DNA of 64,000 nucleotides from Nannocystis sp. (GTDB lineage Bacteria; Myxococcota_A; Polyangia; Nannocystales; Nannocystaceae): NCBI RefSeq assembly GCF_016714285.1, contig NZ_JADJNN010000008.1, positions 324,669 to 388,668 of the forward strand, read 5' to 3'. Shown piece by piece: positions 58,012 to 64,000 of this stretch (position 1 is its first letter; each line of letters starts with the position of its first letter). The notes under the pieces were generated by a model. It saw only the letters and a program-made list of their open reading frames with translations, ran no database searches and was not told where the DNA came from. The position numbers and the translations under genes were made by a program.

Positions 58012-59253
58012 TCAGTTGTTGAAGCAGTCGGCGCGGCACTTGTATTCGAGGGCGCACAGGGCGAGGTCGCGGCAGTCGGCCTCGACCGCCTCGGGCGTGC
58101 AGTCGTCCTGGCCGATCAGGCCCTTCACGACGCAGCTGCGCCACCTGGGCACCGCGCAGGCCTTCAGATCGACGGCGCACTGCTTGCGCACGCACTTCCC
58201 ACAGACCGGGTTCTTCGGCGCCGGGATGCAGTACTTGAGCGGCGGCGGGAGCGGGGCCACGGTGGGGAGCGGGGTCGGTGGCGGCGTGCCGGTATCGGTG
58301 TCGGTATCGGTGTCGGAATCGGTGTCGGAATCGGAATCGGAATCGGTGTCGTTCGTCGGATCATCGGTGCTGCCGGAGGTCGTGAGATCGGCGGTGTCCT
58401 GGGTGCCGGTGCTGGCCGGCTCGACGGTGGGCTCCGCCAGCGGCGAATCGCCGGTGGGCGGCTTGCTGGCCCTGGGCCCGGCGGGGGCGCGGAGGCGGCC
58501 GTTCTCCTGCTTGCATTCGGTCAGCGCCGGGCTCTCGTCGCAGAGCTGGACGCTGGCGGCGGCGCCGGCGAGCGCGCCCGTGCCGGCGCAGGCGGTGGCG
58601 ACCACGGCGACCTCGGCCGTCTTGGTGCTGACATACGCGATAGCGACGAGGGGGAAGGAGAGCAGCCATTTCTTGCCGCCGGGGCGGATCCTGATGTCGT
58701 TCGCCAGCAGGCGCCAGCGCCCGCGCAGGAGGTCGCGGAAGGCCCCGAGGTCCTCCTCCTTGACGCCGAGCACGAGGTGCAGGCCGCCGAGCGGCATCGC
58801 GGCCATGCGCGTGAGCGCCTCGACGAAGCGGGTGACCTCGGCGGGGTCGCGCTTGTTGTCGAGGAGCTGCTCGAGGCGGTAGAGGGCGATCAGCAGCGGT
58901 CGATCGGAGCGACGCTCGGCGCGTTGCAGGGCCGCCTCGAGCGCCGCGAGCGGCTTTTGGTCCGGGGGGCCGGCCTCGAGCTCGAGCTGGCGGTTGATGT
59001 GATCGACGAGCTGCTGGACGGTCGGGCCCTGCTTCTTGTCCCAGCGATCGACGATGACGCTGCGGACGTCGACCTGCTCGCGCAGGCGCGGCAGCACCTC
59101 CTCGACCACGAAGGCGTCGAGCTTGGTGGCGGTGGGGGCGTAGATCGTCGAGCAGCGGTACGCCATCAGCTGGCCGACCAGGATCGTGGCCAGCGCGGCG
59201 GGGTCGCTGCGGCGCATCGCCCGGCGATCGACGCGGAGCTCGGCCTTGCTCAT
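58012..59253 (-). CDS. Single-pass membrane protein: cytoplasmic N-domain, TM, Thr-Asp dipeptide-repeat stalk, Cys-rich C-terminal ectodomain
   Basis: GAGGAGGTG precedes ATG 59253, which overlaps the stop of the upstream CHAT-SIR2 gene (ATGA). TM helix FPLVAIAYVSTKTAEVAVVATACAGTGALAGAAA. TDSDSDSDTDSDTDTDTDT repeat. 12 Cys in the last 70 aa. Confidence 0.6.
   Translation of the reverse strand: MSKAELRVDRRAMRRSDPAALATILVGQLMAYRCSTIYAPTATKLDAFVVEEVLPRLREQVDVRSVIVDRWDKKQGPTVQQLVDHINRQLELEAGPPDQKPLAALEAALQRAERRSDRPLLIALYRLEQLLDNKRDPAEVTRFVEALTRMAAMPLGGLHLVLGVKEEDLGAFRDLLRGRWRLLANDIRIRPGGKKWLLSFPLVAIAYVSTKTAEVAVVATACAGTGALAGAAASVQLCDESPALTECKQENGRLRAPAGPRASKPPTGDSPLAEPTVEPASTGTQDTADLTTSGSTDDPTNDTDSDSDSDTDSDTDTDTDTGTPPPTPLPTVAPLPPPLKYCIPAPKNPVCGKCVRKQCAVDLKACAVPRWRSCVVKGLIGQDDCTPEAVEADCRDLALCALEYKCRADCFNN
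58281..58350. repeat. Hexanucleotide microsatellite (aatcgg/tgtcgg units, ~11 copies) encoding a Thr/Ser-Asp dipeptide repeat
   Basis: tatcggtgtcggtatcggtgtcggaatcggtgtcggaatcggaatcggaatcggtgtcg. Confidence 0.8.
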
Positions 59254-61253
59254 GGCTTCACCTCCTCGATGATCTGCGTCAGGTCGGGCAGGGCCATCGC
59301 CACGGCGCGCACGGTGCCCTGGCCGAACAGGCCGCCGGCGCCGCGGTCCCAGATGTCCTTCTCGTTGTTCTCGGGGGCGACGACGGCGACGCTGACGCGG
59401 GAGGGCGGCCGCTGGTCGAGCAGCCAGCGCAGGAGCATGCGGTGGCGCCACTCGAGCACGGAGATGCCGACGCAGAGCATCGGGTGCGCGCGCAGCCAGC
59501 CGACGAACTGACACTCCCAGTCGGGCGGGAAGATGTCGCGGAGATCGATGAGGCCCTGGATATGGTCGTCCTCGGTGAGCTGCGGGGTGGTGAGCACCGG
59601 CTGCGTCTCGGGCGAGTAGCCGCCGTAGAGGCGGAAGATCATGAAGTCGCGGTCCAGGTCGACGTCGGGCGGAGGATCGTCGTTCTCCTCCCACTCGGGC
59701 TTGCCCGCGGCGCGCGTCAGGATCAGGCGCGCCTCGCCGCTGCCGGGCGCCGCCGGCTGAATGACGTGGATCGTGCGGCCCGGGTGGAGGTCGGCGATCG
59801 TCTGCTCGAGGAAGGGCAGCCACAACAGGGTGGTATGCGCGCCGGGCCGCAGGGCCCTGGCGATCGCGCGGATGAAGGGCGGCGCCTCGAGCTCGACGGT
59901 GGTGCCGATGGTCTTCTGGAACAGGCGGCTCAGCTTCCCCTTGCCGTGGCGGAGGGAGAAGCGCTGGGCGACGGCGCTGAGGCCGAGCCGCTCGGCGTCC
60001 TTCTCTCCGTCCTTGCCGAGCTCGGCGACGAGGTCCCGCAGCAGCTCCGCGTGCCCGGGGATGGCGGCGCCGCTGCCCCCGAGCACCAGCGAGAAGCGCT
60101 CACGCAGCAGGTTGCCGAGGGCGGGGTCGACCTCGCCAAGCGCCCCGCCGGTGAGGCCCGCGACCGGCGCGACCAGGCGGCGCTTCCTGAAGTCGAGGAT
60201 CCGCGAGTCCGGGCCGCGCAGGTAGAGCACCGGCGAGAACACCTCGGCGCCGCGCTCGATGAAGGTGCGGCGGGTCGCCTGCAGGCTGGCGGCGACGTCG
60301 CCCATGCCGTCCCTGGTGCCGGTGAGCGTGCGATAGAAGACCGTGGAGATGTCGCGGGCGACCTCGGCCTTGACGGGCCACAGGTGGGCGAGCACCGCGT
60401 CGGCGCCGTCGCGGGCGAGGATCTCGGCGGCGCTGGCGAAGGCGCCGGGCCGGGCCCCGCTGCAGGCCTCGAGCACGACCAGGCGCAGCTCGGCGCCGAG
60501 GTTGGTGCGCAGCTCCTGGGCGAGGGTCTCGGCGAGCAGGAAGCCCGACTCGCCAGCGCCATCCTCGACGAGGTAGAGGCAAGGGTTTTGCCGCTCGTCG
60601 GTGCCGCCGTGGCCGATCCAGTGGATGATGTGCGGCGCGTCGCTGCGGCGCAGGCGCTCGAACAGGCGCGGGCCCGCGGCCTGGTCGCCGACGATCGGGT
60701 CGAGCCATTGCAGCGAGCCCTCGGCGATCGACTCGTGCAACGCGGCCTTGAGGCTGGTCAGCTTGTCCTCCTCGCCGAGCGGCGAGATGGCGAGCAGACG
60801 GACGGCGCGGCGGATCTCGCGGTTCTCGTAGGGCTCGGTCGAGTTGACGCCGCGGGTGACGAGCAGCTCAGGCAGGCAGCCGATGAAGTCGCGGGCGGTC
60901 TCCGGGCGACACATGACCTCCCACGGGAAGCGCTGCAGCTCGGGGTCGCGGATCATCAGGCGCAGCAGGAGCTTGCGGTCCTGCGCGCGGGCGACCTCGC
61001 CGAGGCGCACGAGGAGGTCGCGGAGCTGGTCGCGGAAGAACGCGGCATGCAGCTCGCGGGCGCCGGTGATCACGTGCTCGGGGAGCGCCGAGCTGGCGGA
61101 GACGGCCCGCCGCACGCCGCTCGCCAGGCCCGTCAGGCGCCCGAGGTTGATCGGCGCGAGGTCGAAGGCGGCGATACGCTCGCCGCGAGAGCCGCGCGCC
61201 GACACGCGGATCACCTGATTGTCGCGCTCGACGTCGATCTCTATCCACGACAT
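59250..61253 (-). CDS. CHAT (caspase-like) + SIR2-like effector protein, paralog of 28609-30651
   Basis: HIIHWIGHGGTDERQNP and LRLVVLEACSGARPG (His/Cys dyad). SIR2-like: FSLVLGGSGAAIPG, HPMLCVGISVLEWRHRMLLRWL. Confidence 0.75.
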   Translation of the reverse strand: MSWIEIDVERDNQVIRVSARGSRGERIAAFDLAPINLGRLTGLASGVRRAVSASSALPEHVITGARELHAAFFRDQLRDLLVRLGEVARAQDRKLLLRLMIRDPELQRFPWEVMCRPETARDFIGCLPELLVTRGVNSTEPYENREIRRAVRLLAISPLGEEDKLTSLKAALHESIAEGSLQWLDPIVGDQAAGPRLFERLRRSDAPHIIHWIGHGGTDERQNPCLYLVEDGAGESGFLLAETLAQELRTNLGAELRLVVLEACSGARPGAFASAAEILARDGADAVLAHLWPVKAEVARDISTVFYRTLTGTRDGMGDVAASLQATRRTFIERGAEVFSPVLYLRGPDSRILDFRKRRLVAPVAGLTGGALGEVDPALGNLLRERFSLVLGGSGAAIPGHAELLRDLVAELGKDGEKDAERLGLSAVAQRFSLRHGKGKLSRLFQKTIGTTVELEAPPFIRAIARALRPGAHTTLLWLPFLEQTIADLHPGRTIHVIQPAAPGSGEARLILTRAAGKPEWEENDDPPPDVDLDRDFMIFRLYGGYSPETQPVLTTPQLTEDDHIQGLIDLRDIFPPDWECQFVGWLRAHPMLCVGISVLEWRHRMLLRWLLDQRPPSRVSVAVVAPENNEKDIWDRGAGGLFGQGTVRAVAMALPDLTQIIEEVKP

Positions 61254-61281
61254 ATGCGTGCCACCCGTCGCGTTTCGTCGC

Positions 61282-62889
61282 TCATGGTGAAGGCCCCGGG
61301 TTCGTATCGAGCTCGATCAGATCCTCGTTGAGGCCGACCAGGCGGAACTCGATCCGGCGATTGGCGGCGCGGGCGGTGTTGCCGTCGCTGCCGTCGAGCG
61401 GCTGCTCGCCGCCGTATCCGGCCGCGCGCAGGCGGCACTCGACGATGCCCTGATCGACCAGCTCGCGGCGCACGGACATCGCCCGGCGCAGCGAGAGCGC
61501 CTTGTTGACGGCCGGGTCGCCGTCCGCGTCGGTGTGGCCCTGGATCTCGATCTTGATGTGCGGGTGCCGCCGGAGCACCTCGGCGGCCCTGGCGAGGATC
61601 GGCTTGGAGCTCTCGCTCAGACGATCGCTGAGGAAGCCGAAGGTGATACCGCGGAGGGTGCCCAGGATCGCGGCGATGTCGGGCGGGATCACGTCGGGGC
61701 AGCCGTTCTCGTCCTCGAAGCCGTTGACGGTCTCGGGGTCCTTTGGGCACCTGTCGATCAGGTCGAGCAGGCCGTCGCCGTCCGAGTCGGGGGCCGGGCA
61801 GCCGTTGTACTCCGCGACCCCGACGACGTCGGGGCAGGTGTCCTTGCGGTCCTCGGGGATGTTGTATTGCCCGGCGTCGTAGAAGCCGTCGCCGTCCTCG
61901 TCGACCAGGGGGGGGCAACCGTCGCGCGCGGCCAGGCCGGACTGCTTCGGGCAGCGATCGTCGAGGTTGCGGATGCCGTCGCGGTCGTCGTCCGGGCAGC
62001 CGCGCAGGCTCCTGACGCCGTGCTCGCGGGGGCACGCGTCCTCGCTGCGGGCGCGCTGGCCTGGGTCGGGCACGCCGTCGCGGTCGGTGTCGAGGTAGGG
62101 TCGATGGAGGGTGACGACGAGGCTGGCGAGGACCTCGGTGTGAAAGGTGCGGGAGGCCTCGACGGTATGGGCGAGCCCGAGGTGGGTGCGGGCGTCGATC
62201 CTGCCGCCGATCCAGCGGGTGGCGAAGACCTTGAGGCCGCCGCCGAAGTGGAGCGAGGGGTCGATGTCACGGCCGAGCGCGCCGCCGGTGCCGAGGAGGC
62301 CGCCGCCGACCAGGACGAAGGGCACGACGCTGTAGAGCGGGAGCTGGGCGACGAGCTGTCCGCGCGCGCCGAAGATCCGGGCCGCGGCGCCGGCGTCGGT
62401 GCGCGTCGGGGCGAGCCCGGCCTCGGCCTCGACGCCGAGCAGCGCGAGCGGATAAAAGCCGGCGCGCACGGCGAGGCTCGTTGCGGCCGGGGCATAGCGG
62501 CGCCACGTGGTGTCGTACTGATAGAGCTCGTGGTCGGCGCTCGGGAGGAGGGCGCCGACGCCGACGCCGAGCTCGACGACGTTGCGCCCCGGTCGCAGCC
62601 GGGTGATCCATCGCTCCGGGGTCGCAAGTCGGGACGCGTTGCCAGTCGCCGGCAGGGGGGGGGTCGATGACGTGGACGACCGGTCGGGCGTCGGTGTGGC
62701 GGCAGATGGTTCGGCGGTCGCAGGCGGGGCCGCGAGTGTCGCCATGGGCGTGACCATGACCAAGAGCCCCACGATCCACCGGATGCCGCCCCATCGGGCG
62801 TGGGCCTCATCGCGGCCGCCGGCGAGCACGGGGGCCTGTCGGTCCGCGTCGCGGCGCAGCAGTCGAAGGTCGGTGTCATCTGCGCTCAT
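61282..62889 (-). CDS. OmpA-family outer-membrane protein: N-terminal beta-barrel-like region + TSP3 repeats + OmpA C-terminal domain
   Basis: Start MSADDTDLRLL...IVGLLVMVTPMATLAAPPATA (signal). TSP3 repeats DTDRDGVPD, DDDRDGIRNLDDRCP, DEDGDGFYD, DSDGDGLLDLIDRCP. OmpA domain: IKIEIQGHTDADGDPAVNKALSLRRAMSVRRELVDQGIVECRLRAAGYGGEQPL...NRRIEF. Confidence 0.7.
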   Translation of the reverse strand: MSADDTDLRLLRRDADRQAPVLAGGRDEAHARWGGIRWIVGLLVMVTPMATLAAPPATAEPSAATPTPDRSSTSSTPPLPATGNASRLATPERWITRLRPGRNVVELGVGVGALLPSADHELYQYDTTWRRYAPAATSLAVRAGFYPLALLGVEAEAGLAPTRTDAGAAARIFGARGQLVAQLPLYSVVPFVLVGGGLLGTGGALGRDIDPSLHFGGGLKVFATRWIGGRIDARTHLGLAHTVEASRTFHTEVLASLVVTLHRPYLDTDRDGVPDPGQRARSEDACPREHGVRSLRGCPDDDRDGIRNLDDRCPKQSGLAARDGCPPLVDEDGDGFYDAGQYNIPEDRKDTCPDVVGVAEYNGCPAPDSDGDGLLDLIDRCPKDPETVNGFEDENGCPDVIPPDIAAILGTLRGITFGFLSDRLSESSKPILARAAEVLRRHPHIKIEIQGHTDADGDPAVNKALSLRRAMSVRRELVDQGIVECRLRAAGYGGEQPLDGSDGNTARAANRRIEFRLVGLNEDLIELDTNPGPSP

Positions 62890-63079
62890 GAAGGGTCGCC
62901 GCTCTCGTGCTTGACGCCCGCCCGCGTGGTCTGTGAACGGCGGCGCGCCGCCGCTCGCCGCCGGTGACGGCGGGACGGTTGCAAACCGTCGTGAACCGTT
63001 CGCAGCGGCCCCTGGCGGCCCGCAGCGGCCCGCAGCGGCCCGCCCCGCCGTGGCAGGCAGCTTGCAAATCCGGCCCATC

Positions 63080-63633
63080 GTGACACTCCACGCGTGCTCT
63101 CCCGCTGTCGTGACCGCCGAACAGTTCTGGGGTCTGTGGCTGCGCGACCGCGACTATTTCCTGCGCAGCTGTCTGCGCTGGCTGCGAGGCAACCGATCCG
63201 ACGCCGACGACGTCGTGAGCCGCGGGCCCTCAAGGCGCTCGAGTTCCTGCGCCGCAGCCCCGGCAGCGTCGAACGCTTCCAGCCGTGGGCCATGCGGATC
63301 CTCCAGAACCTGTGCATCGACCGGCTGCGCGGGGCCCAGCGCCACGCGCGGTGCATCTGCGACGACGACGTCAGCGAGGAGCTCGCGTGCGTCCACGCCG
63401 GCGTCGTCACACCCGAGCGGATGTTCTTCCGCGGCCAGCTCGGCAGCGCCGTGGCGGAAGCCGTGGGCACCCTTCCGCCGCGCCTCAAGTCCGCCTTCTG
63501 CCTCCGCTTCGTCGACGACCTCGGCTACGACGAGATCTCGCGCCGGCTGGTCATCACCCCGGCCAACGCCCGCAAGCGCATCGAGCAGGCGCGTCGCTTC
63601 CTGCGCGCCCGCCTCGGCGGCTACAGCGACTGA
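63080..63633 (+). CDS. ECF-type sigma-70 family factor. Region 2 and region 4 are in different frames (1-bp frameshift near 63200-63215).
   Basis: Frame 1 from GTG 63080/63110: TAEQFWGLWLRDRDYFLRSCLRWLRGNRSDADDVVSRG. Frame 2: ALKALEFLRRSPGSVERFQPWAMRILQNLCIDRLRG ... LPPRLKSAFCLRFVDDLGYDEISRRLVITPANARKRIEQARRFLR (region 4 HTH). Confidence 0.55.
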
Positions 63634-63650
63634 AGCAGCCGCGCCGCCAG

Positions 63651-63707
63651 GCGGGGGGGGGGGGGGGGCGGGGCCCGGCCGGGCGCGGGGGGGGGGGGGG
63701 GGGGGGC
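63651..63707. repeat. Two long homopolymeric G tracts (17 and 20 G) separated by a GC spacer
   Basis: ggggggggggggggggg cggggcccggccgggcgcg gggggggggggggggggggg, seen directly. Confidence 0.9.
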
Positions 63708-63737
63708 GCGGCGGGGACGGAGCAGCCGCGCTCGTGA

Positions 63738-64000
63738 TCACGGCACCAGCTCGAGCTCACGCAGGCGCAGCTGCAAGGCCCGCAGCGACACCCCGAGCAG
63801 TCCCGCCATCGCCGCCAGATCGCCGCCCTGCTGGGCATAGAGCCCCGCGAGCTCGTCGCGTGGCAGGTCGCGGGCCTTGCGGACCTTTCCCGTGCGCTTC
63901 ATCCGGGCGTACAGCGTGTTGCGCGAGACGCCGAGCTGCCGGGCGGTCGCCGCGATCTGCCAGTCGTTGGCCCGCATCGCCGCCGTCAGCTCCGCGTCCG
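63738..64000 (-). CDS. C-terminal fragment of a Fis-type HTH transcriptional regulator (gene continues beyond window end)
   Basis: ANDWQIAATARQLGVSRNTLYARMKR matches the Fis-family HTH found at the C-terminus of NtrC-like activators. An additional ~50-aa tail follows. Confidence 0.4.
   Translation of the reverse strand, partial: DAELTAAMRANDWQIAATARQLGVSRNTLYARMKRTGKVRKARDLPRDELAGLYAQQGGDLAAMAGLLGVSLRALQLRLRELELVP

Noticed and set aside
56557-61331. ORFs 56557..59511(+), 59442..61331(+), 56690..58195(-)
   Set aside because: Antisense or off-frame of the caspase-like-HTH, membrane-protein and CHAT-SIR2 genes.

Overview
Very GC-rich (~72%) chromosomal segment, almost certainly from a myxobacterium. 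Evidence seen directly: a MYXO-CTERM sorting tail (GC + hydrophobic stretch + RRRR) at 26463-26900; Myxococcus-type cysteine-rich repeats (CGDG..GE.CDDGN) in two adjacent genes; many lipoproteins and OmpA/thrombospondin-type-3-repeat proteins; a eukaryotic-like Ser/Thr kinase; RCC1 and TPR repeat proteins. The high GC leaves all six frames open over long stretches, so most long ORFs in the supplied track are antisense or off-frame shadows. Genes were called from recognisable motifs, codon-usage texture, lipoprotein or signal peptides, and 4-bp start/stop overlaps.

Layout:
- 0-18 kb: housekeeping and envelope genes. These include an O-methyltransferase fragment, an OmpA-like lipoprotein, a cNMP-binding patatin phospholipase coupled to a GAF membrane protein, a CDP-alcohol phosphatidyltransferase plus cdsA, a PrfH-like GGQ release-factor paralog, lipoproteins, a CHRD protein, an S8 subtilase and a TPR protein.
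- 18.4-42.2 kb: a dense conflict/defence island. It holds a SLOG-like + 2TM effector protein. Convergent on it is a TIR-caspase-SIR2 triple-effector protein translationally coupled to a transmembrane STAND-type P-loop NTPase. Then come a MYXO-CTERM protein, TsaA, an OmpA lipoprotein and two tandem-repeat arrays. Next is a CHAT-SIR2 protein coupled to a second NTPase of the same family fused to a TM segment and a WD40/beta-propeller. After that lie the 3' remnant of an MBL-fold hydrolase, an Eco57I-family N6-adenine methyltransferase, and an operon of metallophosphoesterase / caspase-like protease-HTH / a gasdermin-like candidate / a second metallophosphoesterase.
- 42-64 kb: a Ser/Thr kinase with FG-GAP/TPR regions; a 1603-aa LamG + beta-gamma-crystallin toxin-like protein; two cysteine-repeat secreted proteins (one with RCC1 repeats); a second caspase-like-HTH paralog; a second CHAT-SIR2 coupled to a single-pass membrane protein; an OmpA-family protein; an ECF sigma factor; the tail of a Fis-type regulator.

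At least four genes need a single-base indel to restore a recognisable reading frame, and two poly-G tracts of 17 and 20 G (63651-63707) sit near the window end. These point to either assembly indel errors or phase-variable pseudogenes. No tRNA, rRNA, CRISPR array, transposase or integrase was recognised.
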